A stretch of 32,000 nucleotides of DNA from Candidatus Arthromitus sp. SFB-mouse-Japan. GTDB taxonomy: Bacteria > Bacillota > Clostridia > Clostridiales > Clostridiaceae. Shown in pieces: positions 25,309 through 32,000 of this stretch (its first letter is position 1; each line of letters starts with the position of its first letter). The stretch is taken from contig NC_015913.1 of assembly GCF_000270205.1 (NCBI RefSeq), positions 390,001 through 422,000 on the forward strand, in the 5' to 3' direction. Both the position numbers and the translations under genes were made by a program. The notes below the pieces were generated by a model. It did no database searches. It was not told where the DNA came from and worked only from the letters and a program-made list of their open reading frames with translations.

Positions 25309-26546
25309 TATCTTTAAAAGATGTTGTAGGTAATGGATATAAGGATTTTTGGGAGTTTACAGGACGGTATAGAGTTGTTAAAGGTAGTAGAGCTAGTAAG
25401 AAATCTAAGACTACGGCCTTATATTATATAGTTAATCTTGTGAAACACCCTAAAGCTAATCTATTAGTTGTACGTAAGACTTATAGGACGCTTAAGGATT
25501 CTTGTTTTACGGAGCTCAAATGGGCTATAAATAGATTAGGTGTACAGGATTATTTTGATATTAAAGAGAGTCCTTTGGAGATTATATACATACCTACAGG
25601 GCAAAGGATTTATTTTAGAGGTTTAGATGATCCATTTAAAGTAACATCGATCACAGTTGAGGTTGGTTATTTATGTTGGATGTGGCTTGAGGAAGCCTAT
25701 GAGATCAGCAATGAAGATGATTTTAATGTTTTGTATGAATCTATAAGGGGTAGCTTAGATGCTGCTCCTTTTTTATTTAAACAAATAACTCTCACACTAA
25801 ATCCTTGGAATGAAAAGCATTGGATTAAGAAAAGGTTTTTTGATACTAAGGATGATGAAATTTTAGCTATGACGACAAATTATATGTGTAATGAGTGGCT
25901 AGATAAATCTGATTTAAGAGTGTTTGAGACTATGAGGATCAATAATCCTAAAAGATATAAAGTCGCTGGATTAGGTGAGTGGGGTATAGTTGATGGACTT
26001 GTATATGATAATTGGGTAGAGCAGAGTTTTGATTTGAATGAAGTGCTAAAAATATCAGGTATACAATCAGCGTTTGGATTAGATTTTGGTTACACCAATG
26101 ATCCATCAGCTTTGTTTTGTGGACTTATTGATAATGCTAATAAGATTATTTATGTGTTTGATGAGATGTACCAAAAGAGTATGTCTAATGAGGATATATA
26201 TAATGAGATATTGAAACAGGGGTATGCAAAAGAAAGAATAATAGCTGATAGTGCTGAACCTAAATCTATTGATAGGCTTAGAGTATTAGGTCTCTATAGG
26301 ATTAGAGGAGCTAGAAAAGGTCGGGATAGTGTTAATAACGGTATTGATTATATACAGGGATTTAAAATTGTAATACATCCCAAATGTGTGAATTTTGTAA
26401 CGGAGATCAGCAACTATACTTGGGATGTCGATAAGAGGACAGGTCAAAAGATTAATAAGCCTATTGATGATTTTAATCATTTGATGGATGCTATGAGATA
26501 CGCACTAGAAGGGTTTATAAGAGGTGATATATTTAGTTTTGATTAA
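25305..26546 (+). CDS. terL: Terminase large subunit (PBSX/Terminase_3 family)
   Basis: YRVVKGSRASKKSKTTAL (Walker A-like), LLVVRK, WLEEAYE (Walker B), and a C-terminal nuclease region with GLDFGYTNDPSAL and DDFNHLMDAMRYAL. Confidence 0.9.
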   Translation: MISLKDVVGNGYKDFWEFTGRYRVVKGSRASKKSKTTALYYIVNLVKHPKANLLVVRKTYRTLKDSCFTELKWAINRLGVQDYFDIKESPLEIIYIPTGQRIYFRGLDDPFKVTSITVEVGYLCWMWLEEAYEISNEDDFNVLYESIRGSLDAAPFLFKQITLTLNPWNEKHWIKKRFFDTKDDEILAMTTNYMCNEWLDKSDLRVFETMRINNPKRYKVAGLGEWGIVDGLVYDNWVEQSFDLNEVLKISGIQSAFGLDFGYTNDPSALFCGLIDNANKIIYVFDEMYQKSMSNEDIYNEILKQGYAKERIIADSAEPKSIDRLRVLGLYRIRGARKGRDSVNNGIDYIQGFKIVIHPKCVNFVTEISNYTWDVDKRTGQKINKPIDDFNHLMDAMRYALEGFIRGDIFSFD

Positions 26547-26604
26547 TAATAAAAGGGATTGCTGCAAAATATGCAATAATCAGTTTCTACGGGGAGGTGG
26601 CTGG

Positions 26605-27816
26605 TTGGACAAAAGAATTGTAGAGCTTGATATAGCAAGGTGGAGGACAAGTCTTAAACGTAAGATAATGATTGATGGAGAAAGGTATTATAGAGGAGAT
26701 CATGATATTTTAAGGCGTAAGAGGACTGTCATAGGGGATAACGGAGATCTTAAAGAAGTTGATAATCTACCTAATAATCGTATTGTAGATAATCAGTATA
26801 AAAAGATGGTTAACCAGAAGGTTGATTATTTACTTGCCAAGCCTTTAACTCTTGAATGTGACAATAAAAAATATTTGAGTTTGCTTAAAACTATTTTTAA
26901 TAAACGATTTCAAAGGATTTTGAAAAATGTTGCCGAAGATGCCCTTAATTGCGGTCTAGGTTTTTTATTTGTCTATTATGATGATCTTGGAGAGCTTAAT
27001 TTTAAGAGATTTAAGCCCTATGAGGTTATACTGCATTGGTTAGATGACGAGCATACTAAATTAGACTATTTAATTAGGTGTTTTAGCGTCGAGGTTTTTG
27101 AAAATAATATGTATCGTTCAGTTGATAAAGTGGAAGTGTATTCTCCTGACGGGATTGATTATTATGAATATACAAATGGTAATTTAAAACCCGTTGAACC
27201 TTATCATAATAATTATTTTACACGAGTTGTAGATGGCGTGGAAAATCATTATACGTGGGATAAGATACCTGTAATATCTTTTAAATATAATCATAAAGAA
27301 ATACCTCTTATTAAAATGGTCAAAACCCTTCAAGATGGGCTTAATCTCATCGAATCTAATTTTCAGAATCAGATGGAAGAGGATGCAAGAAATACAATCC
27401 TGATACTTAAAAATTATGATGGTGAAAATCTAGGAGAGTTTAGACGCAACTTAGCTACTTACGGAGCTATTAAGGTTAGGACTGAGTCTGGAGCTGATGG
27501 TGGTGGAGTTGATGCCTTGCAGGTTGAAATCAATGCAGATAATTATAGGACACTCTTAGATGTGTTTAAGAAAGCCATTATTGAGAATGCTATGGGTTAT
27601 GATGCTAAAGATGAAAGACTCTCAGGTACTCCTAATCAGATGAATATTTTATCTATGTATTCGGATATTGAATTAGATGCGAACTCTATGGAAACTGAGT
27701 TCCAAGCATCTTTGGAAGAATTATTGTGGTTTGTTAATGTGCATTTTGGACTTAAGGGATTAGGTAATTACGATAACAGTATAGTTGATATTATTTTTAT
27801 CAGAATGTGTTATTAG
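26605..27816 (+). CDS. Portal protein, SPP1 gp6 family (probably C-terminally truncated)
   Basis: ggaggtgg RBS then TTG 26605. ..IARWRTSLKRKIMIDGERYYRGDHDI.., NRIVDNQYKKMVNQKVDYLL and LQDGLNLIESNFQNQMEE are typical of gp6-type portals. The ORF ends ..VDIIFIRMCY* where family members usually continue. Confidence 0.75.
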   Translation: MDKRIVELDIARWRTSLKRKIMIDGERYYRGDHDILRRKRTVIGDNGDLKEVDNLPNNRIVDNQYKKMVNQKVDYLLAKPLTLECDNKKYLSLLKTIFNKRFQRILKNVAEDALNCGLGFLFVYYDDLGELNFKRFKPYEVILHWLDDEHTKLDYLIRCFSVEVFENNMYRSVDKVEVYSPDGIDYYEYTNGNLKPVEPYHNNYFTRVVDGVENHYTWDKIPVISFKYNHKEIPLIKMVKTLQDGLNLIESNFQNQMEEDARNTILILKNYDGENLGEFRRNLATYGAIKVRTESGADGGGVDALQVEINADNYRTLLDVFKKAIIENAMGYDAKDERLSGTPNQMNILSMYSDIELDANSMETEFQASLEELLWFVNVHFGLKGLGNYDNSIVDIIFIRMCY

Positions 27817-28778
27817 GCAAACCTCCTAAGGATCTTATAAATAATCTTGTTAAAAAATTTAATACAACTAAAGCTAACGCTAGCAGGTTGGTGATGACCG
27901 AGCTAGCGTTTTTTCATACAGTTTCGCAGAGGGATGCCTTTAAGGAGCTTGGTTCTGAGCAATATACGATACTAGCAGTACTTGATAATAAAACATCCTT
28001 AGTTTGTCAAGATTTTGATGGTAAGGTATTTGATACAAAGGATATGTCTATTGGTATAAATGCACCTCCTTTCCATCCTAATTGCAGGAGTGTAATCTTA
28101 CCTTATTATGATGACGATTACGAGATTGGTGAGAGAATAGTAAGTGGTGATGATGGTAAGTCAGTGTATTACGTGCCAGAAGATATGAATTATAAGGAAT
28201 GGCATGCTAAATATGTTGATGGAGTTAGCGTTAAAGGAGTAAAGCCTCCTGAGAAGAATTATAAGACAATCTCTATTAGTGATTTAACTAGGTTCCAGGA
28301 TTTAAGTAATTTGTGTTTCAAAGCGTTTATGGAAAGTGAAAAGGATACTTTACGATTTTATACAGATGATGGTTATAGTGTTATAAATGCCTCGCTTCAA
28401 AGTGGCGATATATCTGACGATATTTGGGATAAAGTTAAAAATATAGATGACTCTATAGAACGCTTTGAATTATCCGAAGATATAATAGTTTACAGGGGAA
28501 CTAAGATGGATTATTATAAAGATGTTAAGGTTGGAGATATAATTGATGCTAAAGTGTTTTATAGCACTTCGTTTTTAGAATATATAGCTCAGGATTTTGC
28601 CGATCAACTTAATAATCCAGTTATGTTAGAAATAAAGGTTCCTAGCGGCACTAAATCCCTTTACATAGGCTATAATAGTTCTGTAGGTGATGAAGCAGAA
28701 TTATTACTCAGCAGGCATTTAAAATATAGAGTTTTGAAAATGGAACTTGGAAGATTATTTTTAGAAGTGGAGGAGTAG
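27807..28778 (+). CDS. MuF/SPP1 gp7-family head protein fused to a C-terminal ADP-ribosyltransferase toxin domain (N-terminally truncated)
   Basis: The MuF motif is ..ASRLVMTELAFFHT...LDNKTSLVCQDFDGKVF...GINAPPFHPNCRS. The C-terminal domain has LRFYTDDGYSVINASLQ, the catalytic R (IIVYRGT), STS (FYSTSF) and ExE (GDEAELLL). GTG start without an obvious SD. Confidence 0.8.
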   Translation: MLLGKPPKDLINNLVKKFNTTKANASRLVMTELAFFHTVSQRDAFKELGSEQYTILAVLDNKTSLVCQDFDGKVFDTKDMSIGINAPPFHPNCRSVILPYYDDDYEIGERIVSGDDGKSVYYVPEDMNYKEWHAKYVDGVSVKGVKPPEKNYKTISISDLTRFQDLSNLCFKAFMESEKDTLRFYTDDGYSVINASLQSGDISDDIWDKVKNIDDSIERFELSEDIIVYRGTKMDYYKDVKVGDIIDAKVFYSTSFLEYIAQDFADQLNNPVMLEIKVPSGTKSLYIGYNSSVGDEAELLLSRHLKYRVLKMELGRLFLEVEE

Positions 28779-28781
28779 CAA

Positions 28782-28988
28782 ATGAGCAGAGCTTGGTTTG
28801 ATATTACTGAGTATTTTAGGCAACGTGGGAAAAACTGGAGCAACTTGAATGATCAAGAGAGAGAGGTTTGGAGGGCTGCTTATAGAGAACAGTTTGGGAA
28901 AGAGTACAAACCTAGAACTCTTGCAGATCGTTGGGCTAGAGAGGATCTGACACCTACCATAATCCATAGAGAAAAGAGAGATTCGTAA
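28782..28988 (+). CDS. Small hypothetical protein (candidate immunity protein for the ART domain)
   Basis: 68 aa, starting 3 nt after the ART stop and preceded by ggaggag. No recognisable family. W/R/E-rich. Confidence 0.45.
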   Translation: MSRAWFDITEYFRQRGKNWSNLNDQEREVWRAAYREQFGKEYKPRTLADRWAREDLTPTIIHREKRDS

Positions 28989-28999
28989 TATAAATATGA

Positions 29000-29362
29000 T
29001 TGTGTATTGGGGTGGTAGTTTTGGCAAAAGATGATTATTATGTGATTGTATATAAGCTTTTATCTTATTTGTATAGTTGTTTGAAAAAAGGCACATATGT
29101 AGACATTGAGAATCTAAGAGATGTTATAAAGGTAGATATAGTAGATTCGTATTGGAATTACATAATTCTAGAGTTATATAAAGAGGGATATATTGATGGA
29201 ATTACTAAAATTAAATATATAGGTGATATCAATGAGAATGTTAAAATTAACAAAAATATCAGAATTAAGCCTAAAGGAATTGAATTTTTAGAGAGCAATT
29301 CATTTGTTGCTAAAGCTAAAGAGTTTATAAAAGAAGCGGGGGAAATATTATTTTGGTTGTAA
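29000..29362 (+). CDS. YjcQ-family protein (prophage-associated winged-helix-like)
   Basis: DDYYVIVYKLLSYLYSCLKKG...DSYWNYIILELYKEGYIDGI resembles the YjcQ family. The true start may be TTG 29021. Confidence 0.55.
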   Translation: MCIGVVVLAKDDYYVIVYKLLSYLYSCLKKGTYVDIENLRDVIKVDIVDSYWNYIILELYKEGYIDGITKIKYIGDINENVKINKNIRIKPKGIEFLESNSFVAKAKEFIKEAGEILFWL

Positions 29363-29393
29363 ACACTACTAATTGATTTAGGTATTGATTTTT

Positions 29394-29422
29394 AAACACT
29401 GTTTATTTAGCAGTGTTTTTTT
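29394..29422 (+). terminator. Rho-independent terminator inside the head module
   Basis: aaacactg / cagtgttt stem, 9-nt loop, T7 tail. Confidence 0.6.
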
Positions 29423-29511
29423 ATGCCTTTTTGGTATTGTAGGCGAATAAAGAACAAGACAAAAAGAACTGGACTGAACCAGGTAAAAAATGATTTTGAA
29501 AGGATTTTACC

Positions 29512-30111
29512 ATGAAGAAAGATGATTTTTTAAAATTAGGGTTAGATGACGAAATAGCGAAAAAGTGTGAGGCTGCATCGCTTGAAGAACTTAAAGAGTA
29601 TATACCAAAAAGTAGGTTTGATGAAGTTAATAGTGCTAAGAAGAAATTTGAATCTGATGTAAAAGATAGAGATAAACAATTGGAGGATCTTAAGAAATCT
29701 ACAGGTAATATTGAAGATTTTAAAAAGCAGATTGAATCTTTACAAAAAGAAAATAAAGAGAAGGCTGAGCATTATGAATTAGAGATGCAAAAACTTAAAG
29801 TAGATACAAAAATAGATTCGACCTTATCTAGTTTTGGTGCTCGGAATATTAGATCTGTTAAAGCTTTACTTGATGGGGTTGATAAATTTAAATTTGACAA
29901 AGATGGAAATATTGAAGGGTTAGAGGATCAGATTAAGCAAATTAAGAAATCTGATCCTTATTTATTTGCTAATAATGATACATCGTCTGTTAAAGGTGTA
30001 AAGCCTGTCGAATCTACAGCTGAATCTAAATCAGTTGATGTAAATAATATGACGTACTCTGAGTTAGTGTCTTATATGTCTAATAACCCAGATTTTAAAC
30101 TTAATAATTAG
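29512..30111 (+). CDS. Phage scaffolding protein (Phage_GP20 family)
   Basis: MKKDDFLKLGLDDEIAKK...IPKSRFDEVN...QLEDLKK.. coiled coil with ..DPYLF.. C-terminus. It lies immediately upstream of the capsid gene. Confidence 0.8.
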   Translation: MKKDDFLKLGLDDEIAKKCEAASLEELKEYIPKSRFDEVNSAKKKFESDVKDRDKQLEDLKKSTGNIEDFKKQIESLQKENKEKAEHYELEMQKLKVDTKIDSTLSSFGARNIRSVKALLDGVDKFKFDKDGNIEGLEDQIKQIKKSDPYLFANNDTSSVKGVKPVESTAESKSVDVNNMTYSELVSYMSNNPDFKLNN

Positions 30112-30119
30112 GAGGTATT

Positions 30120-30635
30120 ATGAGATTTGATTCAAAACTTTTTAATCCACAAGCATTTGGTAGTTATGTAGACCGTATACCAAATGTGACTAAAAATGAA
30201 TTAGCAAGGAGTGCTGCAGTTGGAACAAATGAGCAAGCAGCGAGATCATTATCCACTCAAACAGGATCTTTATATACGAGAGTACCTTATTTCGGAAGGA
30301 TAAGTGCTCAAACATCTCAAAACAATGATGGTGCTACTGATATAACATCTACAAATACATCAACTTATTCTCAGGGATTTGTTGTTGCTAGCAGGATGGA
30401 TGGCTGGACAGAGCGTAGTTTTAGTAAAAATATTACTGCAGGCGTTGATTTTATGGATAACGTTGCTAAGCAAATAGCAGATTATAAAATGGAAGTTAAG
30501 CAAAATATATTGTTAGCTATGCTTAAAGGTATTTTTTCTATGTCTGTTTGTACAAGTACAATAGAGGAGCAAGCAGCTAAAGAATTTATTGAAAAGAACA
30601 CTTATGATTTAAGTACTAAAACAGGTGATTACAGC
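30120..30635 (+). pseudogene. Major capsid protein, SPP1 gp13-like, N-terminal ~170 codons only
   Basis: KLFNPQAFGSYV..., LYTRVPYFG, QGFVVASRMDGWTERSF and DFMDNVAKQIADYKMEVKQNILLAMLKGIFS are collinear with my recollection of gp13-type capsid N-termini. Similarity ends near ..TYDLSTKTGD (aa ~170). The boundary is approximate, +/-20 nt. Confidence 0.65.
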
Positions 30636-31106
30636 AAGGATTTATATTCCATTATAACCTTACCAAATGGAGAAAAAAAGGCTATAAAATCTGTGATTTT
30701 TGAGTCGTATGGTACAAATAGGTTTATGAATTTATTTCCTATATTAAATTTAATTATCAAAAAAGGTGGAACTTTAATTATTGATGAATTTGATGCATCT
30801 ATTCATCCTATGGCTATTATAAACATAATTAATATTTTCCATAACGGTGAAATTAACATTAAAAATGCACAATTGATTTTTAACACCCATAATCCAATAT
30901 TTTTAAGGGATACTGTATTTAGAAGAGATGAAATAAAATTTACAGAACGTAATGATGGGGATTATAGTATTTTATATTCTTTGTCATATTTTAAAGGAAT
31001 TGATAAATCACGTAAGGCTAGAGATTACTCAGAAAATTATTTTATAGGTATGTATGGAGCGGTTAAAGATATTAATTTTACATCTATTTTCACTCAAGAG
31101 AATTAA
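30636..31106 (+). pseudogene. AAA15/AAA_21 (ABC-type) ATPase, C-terminal ~155 codons only, fused in frame to the capsid fragment
   Basis: ESYGTNRFMNLFPIL, Walker B GGTLIIDEFDASIHP, H-loop NAQLIFNTHNPIFL, RRDEIKFTERNDG..SILYSL and ENYFIGMYGAV. There is no Walker A/N-terminal half anywhere upstream. Confidence 0.7.
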
Positions 31107-31111
31107 TATTT

Positions 31112-31762
31112 ATGGATAGGAAACAAACAAAAAAATATTTGATTTTAGTTGAAGGTCAAGATGAAGAGTTATATTTTAAGAGGCTCGAACAATTTATTAA
31201 TTTATGTGAAGATGTAAAATATAAAGTTAGTATAAACATTAAAGTAATAAGAAATAATTTTTCTAGTTTTATTAAGAAAAATAGTAGTATTTCTTTGAAT
31301 ACCGTGATTTATTTTGTATATGATTATGAAGGTAATGAGGAGTATTTTAAGAAAAATGTATTATCTAATATTAAAAGCTGCAGGAATATAAAAAAGGGTA
31401 TGCAATTTGTATTAGGATATAATAATTTAAGTATAGAACTATGGATGTTATTACATAAGACTATGTTTAAAAGAAGTGTTATTCATATTGGAGACTATTT
31501 GGAATTTATAAATAGGCAGTTTAATGAAAAAATTGAATCGATAAATACATTCAAACAAGAAACAAATTTTAAAAAATGTCTTAGTAAAATAACTTTAGAT
31601 AATGTTAAAAAGGCTGTTAAAAGAGCTGATAAAATAATGGAAGATCTAAAAAAAGACGAACAACAAATGGAGTATAAGGGATTTAGATATTATAGAAAAA
31701 ATCCGTCACTTACAACACATGAAATAGTTAGGATTATATTATCGGATTGTGAAATTTATTAA
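31112..31762 (+). CDS. RloB-like protein (Toprim-like partner of AAA ATPases; AbiLii-like)
   Basis: KYLILVEGQDEELYFKRL matches the RloB 'ilcEGe.tE..YF' N-terminal motif. It is 216 aa and starts 5 nt after the ATPase fragment. Confidence 0.65.
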   Translation: MDRKQTKKYLILVEGQDEELYFKRLEQFINLCEDVKYKVSINIKVIRNNFSSFIKKNSSISLNTVIYFVYDYEGNEEYFKKNVLSNIKSCRNIKKGMQFVLGYNNLSIELWMLLHKTMFKRSVIHIGDYLEFINRQFNEKIESINTFKQETNFKKCLSKITLDNVKKAVKRADKIMEDLKKDEQQMEYKGFRYYRKNPSLTTHEIVRIILSDCEIY

Positions 31763-31818
31763 TTTAAATATAAATTAATAATAATCTTAATATCATCTAT
31801 ATTAAATTCGGCGGGCTA

Positions 31819-31884
31819 AATTAAGTTAAATAGAAAGCAATACATCAATTTATAAAATATTTCTGTTTAACTTAATTGTTTTTT
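31819..31884. terminator. Long inverted repeat / probable bidirectional terminator
   Basis: 18-bp arms aattaagttaaatagaaa (31819-31836) and tttctgtttaacttaatt (31860-31877) with one G-U and a 23-nt loop, followed by gtttttt. It overlaps the stop of the minus-strand partial ORF. Confidence 0.45.
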
Positions 31885-32000
31885 ATAAGATGTATGTTTA
31901 GGTTGGATATATGCTTGGTTGAGATAGATCGAATTTGCTAAGGGTACATAACTTGACGGCTGAACAATGATTTCGGTATGCTTACCAATTTCAAAAACCA
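31867..32000 (-). CDS. Partial ORF, C-terminal 44 codons (unknown function, continues beyond the window)
   Basis: The reverse frame is open from the window edge: VFEIGKHTEIIVQPSSYVPLANSIYLNQAYIQPKHTSYKKQLS*. No family recognised. Confidence 0.25.
   Translation of the reverse strand, partial: VFEIGKHTEIIVQPSSYVPLANSIYLNQAYIQPKHTSYKKQLS

Larger units (their letters stand above)
22257..30635 (+). mobile_element. Cryptic SPP1-like prophage remnant (packaging/head module only, multiple lesions)
   Basis: The collinear order is late regulator, terS, terL (PBSX type), gp6-type portal, gp7/MuF, GP20-type scaffold and gp13-like capsid. It is visibly GC-richer than the flanks from about 23.3 kb. No integrase, tail, lysis or lysogeny genes are present, and both ends are truncated. 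Confidence 0.8.

Noticed and set aside
15712-26604. N-terminal extensions of the track ORFs at 15712, 17246, 22620 and 26524
   Set aside because: Internal starts at ATG 15829, ATG 17285, ATG 22692 and TTG 26605 are preceded by good SD sequences. They also coincide with the family-typical N-termini (RYEKKY, lipoprotein signal peptide, MPEI.. as in copy 2, portal N-terminus). The extensions look like read-through of intergenic DNA.
743-29096. Other short antisense or overlapping track ORFs: 743-985, 3866-4066, 6028-6243, 6439-6672, 9067-9300, 13053-13436, 14731-14919, 15994-16182, 16728-16961, 21521-21727, 21784-22023, 23922-24155, 26286-26480 and 28761-29096
   Set aside because: Each is nested in, or antisense to, a well-supported gene. 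They lack ribosome-binding sites and translate to low-complexity sequence, so I treat them as non-coding.
22257-30111. Amber (TAG) stop-codon recoding in the phage region, suggested by in-frame TAGs inside conserved sequence at 22549 and 23274
   Set aside because: TAG is used as the ordinary terminator of at least five phage ORFs here: DUF4160 copies 1 and 2, the portal, MuF-ART and the scaffold. In several cases an SD and the next start codon follow immediately. The neighbouring lesions are frameshifts, which recoding would not fix. Pseudogenisation or sequencing error is the simpler explanation.
22257-31106. Alternative readings of the phage block: an intact capsid-forming PICI or GTA, or a prophage integrated into the ATPase gene as its att site
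   Set aside because: The capsid gene is truncated at ~170 codons and the portal and gp7 appear damaged, so no functional capsid module exists. If the ATPase gene were the att target, its N-terminal half should flank the left end, but that end abuts yaaR and a broken regulator instead.
1-32000. CRISPR arrays, tRNA/rRNA genes, IS elements or integrase genes
   Set aside because: Reading both strands I found no regularly spaced direct repeats, no cloverleaf-like GC-rich segments, no transposase or integrase-like ORFs and no terminal inverted repeats. Only a manual scan was possible, so short or degenerate elements could have been missed.

Overview
Low-GC, Clostridia-like Firmicutes chromosomal window; the taxon is judged from gene content and codon style only. 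I saw no rRNA, tRNA, CRISPR array or IS element.

- **1-9.3 kb, ordinary genes:** a YtvI/AI-2E-like permease (5' end outside the window), an NfeD-SPFH pair, a DUF368 protein, an MFS transporter and a CYTH protein. A cobalamin riboswitch drives a BtuFCD-like ABC importer, which runs without a visible terminator into a deoxynucleoside kinase and deoD.
- **9.3-13.6 kb, extremely AT-rich accessory islet:** multi-stop gene debris, a 787-aa KAP-family P-loop NTPase with an N-terminal five-helix membrane module, and an Rpn/YhgA-like PD-(D/E)XK nuclease-family gene that carries a strong internal in-frame SD+ATG.
- **13.6-21.7 kb:** an OmpR/histidine-kinase pair, a VTC-DUF4956-beta-helix lipoprotein operon and a convergent Ca2+-type P-type ATPase.
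- **21.8-30.6 kb:** yaaR, then a visibly GC-richer, decayed SPP1-like prophage packaging/head module. It holds a broken late regulator, two paralogous DUF4160-DUF2442 pairs, terS, a DUF5664-like gene, terL, a portal, a MuF(gp7)-ADP-ribosyltransferase fusion, a small ORF, YjcQ and a scaffold protein.
- **30.1-31.8 kb:** the major capsid gene stops at about codon 170 and continues in frame into the C-terminal half of an AAA15/ABC-type ATPase. An intact RloB-like gene follows, so this looks like a decapitated AbiL/RloAB-like module.

The candidates I rate most worth follow-up are the membrane KAP NTPase with the Rpn-like gene, the capsid::ATPase chimera with RloB, the DUF4160/DUF2442 pairs coupled to terL, and the MuF-ART toxin with its possible immunity gene. 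All family assignments rest on motif recognition by eye and need HMM or structure confirmation.
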